Positions 12,661 through 24,600 of a stretch of 64,000 bases of DNA are shown here, piece after piece. The stretch's first letter is position 1. Each line of letters opens with the position of its first letter. The notes under the pieces were generated by a model. That model saw nothing but the letters and a program-made list of their open reading frames with translations, did not search any database and had not been told where the DNA came from. Origin of the DNA: Takakia lepidozioides (lineage: Eukaryota > Plantae > Bryophyta); assembly GCA_030704615.1 (NCBI GenBank), contig CM060732.1, forward strand, positions 17,112,001-17,176,000. Direction: 5' to 3'. Position numbers and translations under genes: made by a program.

Positions 12661-14010
12661 CTTGTTCCCCCCTTACAGCTGTAAAGTATTCCATTTTTTC
12701 CAGAGTGAAAGTCCCTTCTCACCAAGTCAGCACACTTACTTCACTGATACACTAGCTTGAGGTCCCTCCATGATCGTGTCCATCGTTTCTTAGCTGCATC
12801 CTCGATCATGCATATTCGATTAGACTCCTCCATGTTTTCAGTGTGTGATTTGTCTTTGTAGCCCTGGAATGTGTATCGCCCCTCCCACGCAGGCTCGATA
12901 CCTTTGCGTTTTCCTGGTTTGAGCATCATGACGAGTTGTCCCTGCTCCAGCGATTCCAAGTTAGAGTTGCTGGTCCTCCGCGCGGCATAGCTTTCCTGCT
13001 GTTCTTTCTGCGCCTTGAGAACATTTTCATGCAATGAGACGTTGATTTGAGCTAAAAGCTCAACTTTCTCCTTCATCATGGTGTGGAAGGCATCCTTGCT
13101 GTCTCGCAGGTCGACCAGTTCTGTGACTCTCCCCCATCGATTGTCTACATCCATGCGCAGCTCCCTGCCCGTGAGCACTTTGTATGGGACGAAGCGCGTT
13201 GATGTTTGCACTCCTACCCTGTACCCGAACAGCGTTTTGTAAAGGTCACGATCCCACTCATTGTTCCCTTGTATGCTTAGAACTCAAATGCTTTGCTTGA
13301 GTGATTTGATGATGCGCTCCACCATGCCATTACTTTGTGGCTAGTAGGGCGCCGATCGATCGTGTTGTATGCCAAACCTTGCACACACCGAGCCTCAAAT
13401 TCTTTGCCCCACTCAGCGCCCTGGTCCGTGAGCACTATCTTTGGTGCTCCATAGCGGTATATAACTTGTTCCTCTAGAAATTGTGCTACCAATTTTGCTG
13501 TATGGTCACTGACCGGTGGTGCCTCCACCCTCTTTGAATAATTATCTCCTGAGTGCGATTGTGCCCGAAGAAGCGTTTGCACACTTCAACTTGCGTTCTA
13601 TGTACCCCAAAGTGACCCAAGGTTTGGTGGATCCCTTCTATGATACCCAATCGTTCCTTCTTCTTAGGTACATGCTTGCTTTTGTATAAAATCTTTCTTT
13701 CCCAATATACATAGCCTCTGGCTCTTCTCAGCACCCATTTTCTCTCATTTAGGTCCAGATATTCGTTGACAGAGTGGCCGTTTCTTGCGAGCTATCCTCC
13801 TTTATCTGTTGGTCTGCCCAATCTTCAGTGAATGCATCAAGACTCTGGGTCTTAGCTTCTTCCTGGCTTTTGTCATACCCTTCCATGAATATCTCTAATT
13901 GGCATTTAAACCCTGCTGAGCTGCAGATGTTGTCCATGCCAATGCACTCTTTTTCACCAAATCCATGCTTGTGCCCTAAATCATTGATATCTTTGGCTGG
14001 GTTTCTACAG
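12661..14010 (-). mobile_element. Ty3/gypsy integrase region with putative PPT, degenerate
   Basis: HQTLGHFGVHRT, RYGAPKIVLTDQGAEW, QSNGMVER, then a C-terminal SH3-like region. Purine tract AAGGGGGGAACAAG (minus) at ~12661-12674. Confidence 0.85.
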
Positions 14011-16855
14011 AATAGGTACCCCATCCCCGATTTTGGCCTTTTTCGCACTTCCCCTGGTCAACTTGTTGATGTTGGGTGTTGTTGCAGTTTTCTTGGAGTG
14101 TGACCACTTATGGTATATCTCCTCCAGCTCAATCAGTGCCTCTAGCTCAGTATCAGTGAACTGACATGATACTTGTGCTGTTGGCTGCATCATATAATCC
14201 GTGCTTGGCAGTGGGTGAGCCTCTTTTCCTCCCACATACTCATTGATCAGTGCAAAAGATACTCCATTCATCCTCCCATGAGGCCGTGCCTCTTGTTTTG
14301 CTTGTGTGATTGTTTCAGCATTGCTGTGAGCTTGCCAAGACCCATGTTGGGCTGGTGTGTGATGACTGTCCTCATGTCATCGCAGATCTTGCATAGTGTT
14401 CCTCGTTTGGGCCTTCTGCTGCCTTGCTTGATGAACTCAGGTTTGTCATAGTCAACCTGGATCCACTCTGCTTCCATGTTGCTGCTTTCATCAACTTGTT
14501 CCTCTCCTAGCTGCACTCCAACAGGGCCTTGATCTTCTTTTCTGCCCTCCTCAGAGCCTTGACAAAAGCTTGCAACTGGTGAATCCTTCCCTAATTCTTC
14601 CTTTTCCTTGACAGACAGCCCATCTTCATTGACTTTGTTGTTTGCAAAGTTGTACCTGACATTTGTCATTTGTGTGACTTCATGGGTGTGCTCCGTTGGC
14701 ATTGTTTTCCCTGGCCTCACAAAGCCATTGTGTTCACTCTGGGATTGGGTCATAGCACTTGGCATGACCTCTGTTTTTTGATGCCTCAAAGATACCCCCA
14801 AGCTCTTGTGGCTATCCCAGCCTTATGGGTTCTCTTTCCAATCACTCATTGCACCACTCAAATGAGTCTCTTCACTTCCTTCTTCCTTGATTCTCACTTG
14901 CTACATTTTCAGTTTTAACTCCTGTGGGTCACCCCAGTCCTTCTGCTTGGCATTATCCGCCTTCATTGATGACCTGGTGTGCCCTTCATGCAGAATATTG
15001 AGCTTGTAGGGTGACTCTTCACCAAAGCTGAGTTTACCCAGTTTGCTTTATCTCTTTTGTTTTCGCACGCCGGGTGTGTCAAACTCTTGCAATTCTTCTT
15101 GATCAGACACTGCCTTGTGTTCTTGCAGGGTTGTCAACTCCATTGTATACTGATCCCAAGGTTCTTCTTCAAATGAGCACTCATCAAGGGACCCCTCCTC
15201 AGTTGTGTCTAGCTCTATGGTGAGGGACTGACTCCCTTTTTTTTTTATGTGAGTCAGTCAGAGCACGTTGGAACCAGTCATCATGCATGTTCTACCCTTC
15301 TTTTATGCTTGTTTCATGACATAGGATATGTTGTGTTCCTGCCAATTCTTCACCATAGCAGTCACCCTCGCATATGTTGTCTTGCACACTAGGGCTTTCT
15401 TCTTCATCTGTTGTGACTGTGTCAATGCAGTTGACGATCACCGCTTCACTGCACACTACTTTAGTGGTGATCTCAGTGACGTATGTTGAACACCATTGGG
15501 AAATGTAGCTCCCCTTGCTGATCATGTGTGTGTGGCCTATCCCCCTGCAGCACACTTAACTGGTCCTCCAACAGCCCGCAAAAGATAAGCCCCTTCTTGC
15601 TTCTCCTTTTTGTCCTGCTGTACATCTTTCCCTTGTTAGTGACATCTGTGATCCCCTCATGAAATGTGATGTTGTCAGGCTGGTCCCAGCCTGGCATATT
15701 CCATGCCTCTCTACTAACTTCGTTCCCTTGGTTTGCCTTGTGATGTGCAGTGACTTCCTTCACACCATCATTACTTGGGCTCACTGCTGCCCCTGTCTGT
15801 GTGCACTTCTCCCCTTGCTCAAGTTCCAGCACTTCCAAGTTGAGCTCCCTTGGCAACCCTTGCTGTGCACTAGTTACGTGCCTCACATGTGCTTCTCCTT
15901 GTGACTGAGTGTGTAACTCATGACTTGTGACTGGAAAATACACCCTCCAGAGCACGCCTCCCTTGTGATGTAGTCTCTTGACAGTCTCTCCCCAACACTT
16001 GATCAACTCATATGTGGCTCTTACTGTTCTCTCCATGCTTCTATGAGACCTCTCATTAGCAGTATGGTCTGTATGGTTTGCACAAATTTTTCTTTCATCC
16101 ATAAGACCAGTACTATGTGTAAATTAGAGCGCTCACTGTGCTGTGAAGTGCCCATACACTCCATGGTTGTTTTTCTCTCACTGTGATAGGGCTTTGATCC
16201 TGTACTACATTATCCGTGCTCTTTTTTTTGCTCTCAACAGTGATAGGGTTTTGGCCCTGCCTTTCATGGTGTGTTCTCTCTTTTTTGCCCTCAACAGTAG
16301 CTACATGCCCTGTATCCATTGCGGCCTCACTTTCTCTCTTGTCAACCTCTATCTGGTTGACTCCTGGAAAAAGTTGGAATCTGACTTTCTGCTTGGATGT
16401 TCTTTCACTCAGATTCGGTGATTTGTTAGTGAGCTGGGTTTTGCTGTCACTGCAGCAGCAGTGACACTTGACTCCCTCTATGCCCTCTGAATGGATCCCT
16501 TTGTTTTGCAAAAAGCCAAATGTATACTCTTTTGTGATGTTTGTACCCCTCACTTTCCCTGTGACCACTTGAGAGGGTCTAGGTTAGTATCCACCCAAAA
16601 CTTTCTGCTTAACAATTCTTTCATGTAGTTCCACAATGCCCAAACAAGTATTCCATAGTGGATTTCTTCAATTGATTGACCCTCTTTCTTTTGCAGAAGT
16701 TTCTCTATGCCTGAAACTACCTCTGTACCATCCTTCCCAGACTTGGTGAGGGTTGCAGACACTGTCAAATCCTCTAGCCCCAATATCAAAACCCATACCT
16801 CTTTGACTTGACTGTCGGGATTGATATTGAGAACCTGTTTCTTTCCCTTTGTCAT
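14005..16855 (-). pseudogene. Long decayed charged/low-complexity reading frames upstream of the integrase, unidentified
   Basis: Chain of minus-strand ORFs (14268-14801, 15473-16102, 16113-16568, 16550-16855) with no gag, protease or RT motif. Confidence 0.35.
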
Positions 16856-16942
16856 ATTGACTTCATATTCTTATTTTCCATTAGATCCTCCCACTGGGTA
16901 GCGACTTAAAACGACTACATTTCCATGCTTAGCTCCTGGCAA

Positions 16943-17130
16943 GGGGAAGTCACTTCCATTTTTTTCCAAACTGCGTGCAAAAAAATATAGGATAACATAT
17001 ATTATTCGAAGATAAAATGTACAATATTTTTAGAGATAAAATAGGGTGTCCTAATTTGTGGATATCGGATTTAAATAAAAATAGGGTTATGAATATATGC
17101 TCCAATTATAGATTTTTTAGAATTAATATG
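16943..17130 (+). mobile_element. Second left end of the GGGGAAGTCAC TIR family
   Basis: GGGGAAGTCACTTCC..TTTCCAA..CGTGCAAAAAAATATAGG aligns with 11784 onward. No right end found. Confidence 0.75.
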
Positions 17131-17399
17131 GGGGTGTCACAATGGCGAGGGACATGTGTTATTCATTCTATGATATATTTGTATTGAGACTTCATAAATG
17201 ACTAGTTGGACCTAGATGACGGGACTTGGACTCGGCTTGGATGAGAGGACTTGGTTTAGGGAGGATGCGTTTTGGTGTAGGGTTGCTTTATCTTCTTTTC
17301 ACTTTGTCTTCTTCTCCGACTCCAGTGTTCTGTTATGCTAGTTGTTGACTTCATTGTGTTGCTGGAAGCTCCGATTTATTCATTTGCTATAAGGTACCT

Positions 17400-18150
17400 C
17401 GCTCTCTCACCTAAGGAACATTTTTTCACTACACTGAATGCAAAGGGCGACCACACGTGCTCCACGAGCAAGGGGCCGACGTATGAATGTTTCTTCACAA
17501 AATTTGCCCATGGAATTGCAGCCTCTAAGTTCATTCCGCCATTGGATTCGGACTGAAGTTGAGGACACCATTGCGAAAGGTGAGGTGGTTTCAGATTTGG
17601 AGCAAGACATTGCAAGGGCCCCTCTCAATTTGCGACCTCATACACGACAGTTTGGGTTCATGGTAGTCATTTCCGCATTTGTGCTCTTGACATGAAGTGC
17701 AAAACAACGTTTGATTTTGGTGTGTGTGCCGCATATTTGCAAGACTCCATGTGGGGCAAGGGAGATACACGACCTACCATGAGCACACTCAGCTACATTG
17801 GAGAGCTTGAGAGTATACTCCAACTTCAATATACAAGGCATCAGCCTCAGTCTTCAATGGAAGGTGGTTCCAGTCACATCTCGTGGGGCCCTCCGCAACA
17901 CTAGTGGATGACGTGTGTGGTTTCATGCACGTCAATACAGGCAGGCTCGAGCATACTCATCCGATGAGCCTTTTGCATGGCCTTCAGACATGGAGCAAGT
18001 TTCTTCTCCGAATCAAGAAATTGGAAGGTGGTTGTGCATGCTCAGCCAAGAGAAAGACGTATCTATCATGGTCGGGGATCTACATGGGGCGAGGCAAATG
18101 CGGATCAGGAGGAAGACAAGCTCTTCCTGCATGACCAGGTTGTGGTGATC
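17400..18150 (+). mobile_element. CACTA transposase remnant (DUF4216 region)
   Basis: TTFDFGVCA..YIGELESILQLQY..DDVCGFMHVN..DEPFAWPSDMEQV..WKVVVHAQPRERR, read across frameshifts. Confidence 0.8.
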
Positions 18151-20193
18151 TCATTAATCTTTGTATTTTCGAAGGTGAGTTATTTGAATTGAAACTGATC
18201 AGGGTGAGTTTTATCTGCCATTCAAATGTCAACATTCAACGATATGGTTGGCCACCACGTCGAGGTGGAAATGGAATTGAAGTTGGAAAATGGTGGATGG
18301 CTGTGAAATTGATGAGTTAATTCAAATCAGCCAATTGCTCTTGAATCGCTGGTCGAAGGTGGTGGCTCTGAACGGTTGGGGGATTTTGCTGGCACTAGCA
18401 GGGAACAGTATTTTTAACCTGAATGGAACATGTACGGATACACCAGAAATATTTGCATTTAATGAAATACATTCGGAGCTTTGTTTTGATCCAATTTAAA
18501 TTATTCAAAGCCTGTTTTTGCCATAACTTGGTCATACAAAGGCTGTTTGATCTCAAATTTCCGTGAGGACCTGCAGATTGTGGAAATCTACATACTCAGA
18601 CCTGGTTTTAGTTTTTTGGACTCTGATGTAGTTGGCATTGATGGCCTCGATATTGTTTTGGACAGTCAGAACTCTTTGGAGTAAGCAGTTCTGCAGCTGT
18701 AGGTGAAATACCAAAGTGGGTGGAAGCTAGGCTTAGAACATAGCTAAAGACAGCCCTGGGGACCAAGGTGTTCAGCCACAAGGCCGTGGTGTACTGGAGC
18801 AAAGGAGCAAGAGCTGGATAAGTTTTTTTAATCAGACGTGGTTGCAGCCGGATATGCTTTGCACGAGGCAACCACGAGCGGGGGTTTATTAGCAACAAAC
18901 AGTTTGTTCTGCTTGAAGGAGATGCAGTCATTCGCAACGATGACACCCGCAACCGTCTCAAAGCTTTCGAGTTGAGAGACCGTCAGACCCTACCTTTATT
19001 TTTTTTAGTATTCAGTGACCGGGAGATAGAGGAGTATTGCTTTGTCTCTACCTGGCAGAGAGATGAGGAGGGTTGGTTAGAGCGAGCTACTGTAGAGTAT
19101 GCTGTCGGTGGTGAGGCTGAGGTGATGACCAGCAAGACCACCAGTGTTTCTTCTATGGTGAGGTTGGGTTGATAACCAGCCAACCATAGCAGTTCTTGCG
19201 GTGGATGCAGATGCAGGTGCCCTTAGCCATTGGGACATTAAGCCGCAACAGGTGCCTACCCATGTCACTGTTAGAGCTAGCTATAGAGTCTTATAGTGTC
19301 ATGTGGACAGGTTTGAATAACAACGGGCATCACGGAGTTGCCAGAGGGTTCAGAAGGACAGACCAACACTAGCACCAGTACTGTCAGTGGGTTCACGAGG
19401 CGAGGGGTTTGGTTCAGACCACCTTCACCCCCATCTTCATCTAGTGCAGAGTCTGACACAGACTCGGAGGCTTCATCAATAGGTGTGCAGTTTCCTTCAC
19501 CATTGTTGTGGGGGGTTATTTCAGCACATTGAGCGGCCGCCTATGGACGATTACCACGAGTTCAGGCGAGGACATAAGGCAGAGATTGAGGAGTGGAGGA
19601 TGTATTGGTCACCTGACTACGTCACCATTACTCAAGGCACGACGCGACCAACAACTGCATCAGCACCAACATCTCCAACTGTAAGCACTAGTAGTGGAAC
19701 AAGTGGTGCCGGTACTTCTGCAAGTGGTACTAGTTCTAAAGGTGCTACCACTCCTCCTGCTGCGACTATAACACTCGTGCCTGCCTTCAATCCTGTTGTG
19801 GAGTTCTTTGAGGAATTGAAGAGGAACTACCAAGGAGTACGGACAGAAAAGCTGCGGAGTTTGTGAGACTTCCAGCGCAAGTCCAGTGAGAGCTTGCGAG
19901 AGGCCTACACTCATATGAGGCGCTTGATAAGTGTAACCCAAGGGGTTACTGAAGCTCAGGCAGTCCAATTCTGGTATGGAATTTTGGACAAGGAGCTCGG
20001 GAAAAGGGTGCGGGATGCAACCCTGTTACAAGCGGCCCAACCCACATTAGCAGATGTGTTTCTGCTGGTTGAGCGGATTGAGCTCAACATGGTCGATGAG
20101 CGAGTTGTTACCATTGGATTTGGCAAAGACATGCCTGCACGAGGCGCAGCTGCCAGCCAACAGGCACAAGGGACTGCCCAACAACGTGGTTAG

Positions 20194-20940
20194 GGGGGCA
20201 AGGTTGCCCAATTGCTGGGGGCGCATGATTTGGAGGGGGTTGGCCCTATTCATTTGGTAGTGGCAGGTTGGTCTTGCCAAGGGCATTCATCAGCCGGACA
20301 TGACAATGGGTTATAAGACTCGAGGTCACGCCTGTTTTGAGAGATGTTGAGGGTCTTGTGCTATTTACAGCTTCAGCAGGCAGACTCTCCGGTATATATC
20401 TTGGAGAATGTGCCATTGATGGGTGATTCTCGGGCCAAGGTAATGGCCAGTGTGCATCAAGTGCGGTCGTGGCTTGGGTCAGCAGTGTTGTTAGATGCAG
20501 CTGCAGTAGGGTCACGGGCACATCGTGGCTATAGTGGACCAACTTGATGCCACCCGCACTGCTCAAGCGTGCATTTGATGGGGTGCAGCGGCCAGCGCAC
20601 CTGATAGTGGATAGTATCTTGGACTCAGGGATGCAATCTCAGTGTGTGAGACACGATGACCGCTCACCTTTGGTAGTGGTCAACAGGATGGGTCAACCAC
20701 GAGCATCACTACCTACACTGCTCAGCTTCCCAGGATCTCATGTTTTCCGGGATAGTGGCCGTGACTTCCTGTGGGATGCTCACTTGCAGCAGTTAGTGGA
20801 GCCCAATGCTGACGAGCACGAGCGAGCGATGGGTTTTACCACTGGTACCATGGCGGTGTCGTCTCTTTCTGAGGCATCACGTCGTCAGGTGTTGGGGCAA
20901 GCAATGGATCTCAATTGCTTGACTTGGATTATCAGCTTGG
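20194..20940 (+). pseudogene. DNMT3/DRM-like cytosine methyltransferase, motifs IV-X
   Basis: GPIHLVVAGWSCQGHS (motif IV, PCQ to SCQ), GL*DSRSRLF*E, YILENV (VI), DAAAVGSRAHR..L*WTNL (VIII), EHERAMGF (IX), RRQVLGQAMD (X). Three stops and one frameshift. Confidence 0.88.
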
Positions 20941-21364
20941 CTATGGCTGAGCAGCGCAGAGTGCGGAGTACACTTCCCTCGACGGTCTCTCTGCCTATCG
21001 AGACGGTACAGGCAGTGAGTGGGGGCGAGCAGGTGAGGACCACGAGGTGCAGACATCCATGGCACACGTGGGAGGTGCTCGAAGTTCAGAGGGAGTTGGC
21101 AGCCAAGGCGGCGGTGATGGATGAGGTCGGGGATTTTCTCGGGTTGAGGAGGTCATCAATGATGAGATAATGGGGCAGGATGAAGCATTGTCACTGACAG
21201 AGCAGGCAGTGGTCACTGCTCAAGAGGTTGTAGCATAGCAACCACAGGATGCATCTTCTACCTCTAAGCCTGCTGGACTCAAGGTTGCAGTTATGAAGGA
21301 CAACTAAAAGCCTGATGTTGGACCCATAGTCAGCGGAGGAGAGAGACGACGTATACGGCGGTTC

Positions 21365-22110
21365 TTGAGGGCTTACAGGAACTGCTTTGCCTTCAGTTTG
21401 AAGGATTTGGGAGCACTGAAGGGTCAAGAGATTCGCATTAAATTGGCCACTGACACGTCAGTCTTTCGGAGACCCTATAGATACAGTGACATGGAGAGGT
21501 CCTTGATTCAGATGAGGACTCAGGACCTATGGGAGGCTGGTTTGGTGGAGCTATCTGGTGGAGAGTATGCTTCAGCCACAGTGATGCCAGCCAAGAATGA
21601 TGTCTATGGCAATTGGACGGAGAGACGTATGTGCGGTGATTACCGGCCTGTAAGTCGTCAGACCAAGTCCGATAGGTATGCCATGCCAATACCAGAGGAG
21701 ATCTTTAATGCCATTGGGCATGCCAAGGTCTTTAACACTTTGGATTTACGAAATCCTCCAGGATATATCATGTGACCCAGATACTCAATCTGGTTGTGGA
21801 AAAACTTGCACTTCCCCGGATGTAACTTCAATCCGTGCGACCTCAAGCGCTCAAATACCACCTGAAGGTGTCTCTCATGTTCCTCCACCGTAGCACTAAA
21901 GATGATGATGTGATAATCTATGTAGCACCGAGCAAACTTCACCCCTGCTAGAATCCTGTCCATGACTCTCTGAAACTCTGTACAAGCGTTCTTAAGCCCA
22001 AATGGTAAGAACCGCCACTGGTATAGGCAATCCTTCCCGTGCTCATTGATCCCCCGGTATGCCGTCTTCTGCTTATCCGCCTCCTTGATCGGCAACTGAT
22101 GATATCCAGA
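21365..22110. pseudogene. Reverse transcriptase split by an inversion
   Basis: Plus strand reads RMCGDYRP..FNTLDLR to 21751. The continuation SGYHQ..LPFGLKNA..CYID..YLGHMIYPGG is on the minus strand from 22110 to 21752. Confidence 0.92.
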
Positions 22111-22114
22111 CTGA

Positions 22115-22620
22115 GCTGCCACATCGGTAGCAACTTGTCAAAGTCACTCCAAACCACCATAGATCCACCCAACGAGCTAACTTACAGAATTCAATATGCA
22201 AATTCAGGTCGAGTCTGATGAGAGGGCAAACAGGCTGAAATAAATCGAAGAAGAAGGTGCCCTCACCACATTGTCATCGACCTTGTGTCATGACCCATGG
22301 AGGATTTGACTGACCAAGAACCCAAGAGGACCTATTGTGTGTGCTGCTTGTGTTTGTAGTCAGGTAATGTCGGATTGGTAGGTGAGAACCACCACGGTGC
22401 AGCTGAGCGGGCAGAGATTGAAACACGGGGCCTGCTCCAACCACCACAGATCCACCCAACGAGCTAACTACAGAATTCAATATGAAAATTCAGGGCCGAG
22501 TCCGATGAGAGGGAAAAACAGGCTGAAATAGGTCGAAGAAGAGGGTGCCCTCGCCACATTGACCTCGACCTTGTGTCATGACCCATGGAGGATTTAACTG
22601 ACCATGAACCCAAGAGGGAT
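22115..22620 (-). repeat. Two partial inverted copies of the OSB-unit intron sequence
   Basis: 22117-22262 and 22435-22550 are reverse complements of ~23240-23400. The two copies also share a downstream ~60-bp segment. Confidence 0.8.
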
Positions 22621-22658
22621 AAAATACGAAAGAGAGCTTTTGAAGGTAAACTACAGAC

Positions 22659-22749
22659 CCACTCATGCAGACGCTTGGACTCATCATAGATCCAGCTCAT
22701 TTCTAGCTCAAATGCCTTGTCTTTAGCCTCGTCGTGCACTCCATAGATG
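22659..22749 (-). pseudogene. PAG1: Isolated exon of 20S proteasome subunit alpha-7 (PAG1-like)
   Basis: IYGVHDEAKDKAFELEMSWIYDESKRLHE matches the plant PAG1 C-terminal segment. GT donor retained, acceptor mutated, no other exons seen. Confidence 0.8.
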
Positions 22750-23049
22750 TTGCATCCCACACCCAACCCCTTCAGCATGGCACACAATCTTGTGATCATA
22801 GGCTAGATTTCTAGGCCCTTCAACCAGCTCAAATCCATTTATGTTTCTCTCACTTTTCTAGACGCTGAAGTTTGGTGTCACATTTGTGGCAAAATGAAAA
22901 CTCATTTCTAGCAAATTATAAAAATCAGTAAATACATCAAGCACTATTCCTTGTAACAGGGTTGGCATCGGCTGTGCATGAGTGGTTGGCATAGCCCATG
23001 TTCAAAAGAACAGTCAAAGAGAACCGCACATGAATGAAACACAGCTCCT

Positions 23050-24600
23050 ACCACCTGGAAAGTACCCAAAAACAGATAAGAGAGATGAAGAAAAGCTTTG
23101 GAATAAACACTTTTCTGACCCCAGTCAATGGTGGGACAATGCCTGGGTAGATGATGAACTGGAAACAGCAGCGGCAACAACGCAATTGATAGAACAAGGC
23201 ACTGCTAATGAAGGTACCTTCTTCAACACATTTATGATGATGGCACCTTCTTCTTCGACCTGTTTCAGCCTGTTTTGCCCTCTCATCAGGCTCAGCCCTG
23301 AATTTGCATATTGAATTCTGTAAGTTAGCTCGTTGGGTGGATCTGTGGTGGTTTGGAGAGGGTTTGGAGTGACTTTGCAAGTTACTGCCGATGTGGCAGC
23401 AGGAAAGTACCCCAAAACAGATAAGAGAGATGAAGATGGTCAACTGGAAGCCGCAACAGCAGCGGCACAATTGATAAAATCAGGCAATGCTAATGAAGGC
23501 ACCTTCTTCAACACATTTCACCCTGTTTTTCCCTCTTATCAAAATCGGCCCTAAATTTCCATGTTGAATTCTGCAAGTTAGCTGGTTGAGTGAATCATGT
23601 TTGAAGTGATTTTGACATGATACTGTCAATGTGACAACATGAAAGTATCCAAAAACATGTGACAGAGATAGGAGAAGCTGTGGAATGAGTACTTTTCTGA
23701 CCCCAGTCAATGGTGGGACAACCGAGGCAAAAAGGTGAATGCCTGTTAGATTACAGAGAGTAGCAGACGCAATTCAGCATATGAACTATGGATAAGCTGA
23801 GTTGGATGTTTCCTAGAACAAATCTAAGCTGTCATCATTAGCTGCAAGGCAAGGATGTATGCATGCATATTTGTGCAGAGGCAGTAATAGCTGAAGGAGT
23901 GCAGGGATAGAGTGTGGATCCAGATTCATCCAAGAGGGCCAGATTTCAAGCACAAGATTACTTATGATTCCCTGTGGATCAGTAGCTACAAGAAACCAAC
24001 ATGGGTAGATGGTCAACTAAAGGCAGCTGCTGCAGCGACACTGATACAATCAGGCACCTCAACCATGACCACAACTTCTGAAAGGGAGGGAGTCCACAAT
24101 GCCTCTTCTAGCAGCAGCAGCAGCACAATTGATAGAACAAGGCACTGTGAATGAAGGTGTCTTCTTCAACACATTTCAGCCTGCTTTTCTTTTGTTATCA
24201 GAGTTGTCCCTAAATTGTCATGTTGATTTCTGCAAGTTAGCTCGTTGGTGGATCTATGGTGGTTTTGGAGTGATTTTGACATGTTACTGCCAATGTGGCA
24301 ACAGGAAAGTATCAAAAAACAAATAATAGAGACGAGGAGAAGCTCTGGAAGGAATACGTTCCCGACCCCAGTCAATGGTGGAACAATCTCCGTAAAAAGG
24401 TGAATGCCTGTTGGAAGCAGACGCAAGTCAGCATATGAACTAGTATGATAAGTAGGGTTGGGGTGTTTGCTGGAACAATTCTAGGCTGTCATTGTCAGCT
24501 GCTAGCAGCAAGACAAGGATGTATGCATGATTTTGTGCAGAGGCATGGATAGGTGAAGGAGCAGGGATAGAGTGTGGGTCCATAATCATCCAAGAGAGTC
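23050..24600 (+). pseudogene. Tandem OSB-like (organellar ssDNA-binding) PDF-motif exon/intron cassettes, ~4 units, degenerate
   Basis: KLWNEYFSDPSQWWDNRGKK, GT..AG intron, IHPRGPDFKHKITYDSLWI..PTWVDGQL, which is the PDF motif. Some units are collapsed or frameshifted. Confidence 0.85.

Larger units (their letters stand above)
19095..22110 (+). mobile_element. Ty3/gypsy element carrying a C5 cytosine DNA methyltransferase domain (internally deleted and rearranged)
   Basis: LTR 3' part ends GCAACA at 19250. Gag 19338-20193, MTase 20194-20940, RT 21365-21751, and an inverted RT half 21752-22110. Confidence 0.88.

Noticed and set aside
20194-20940. Host DRM/DNMT3 gene
   Set aside because: Intronless, in frame with gag and followed by RT. 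A second fragment links motif I to a retroviral-type protease.
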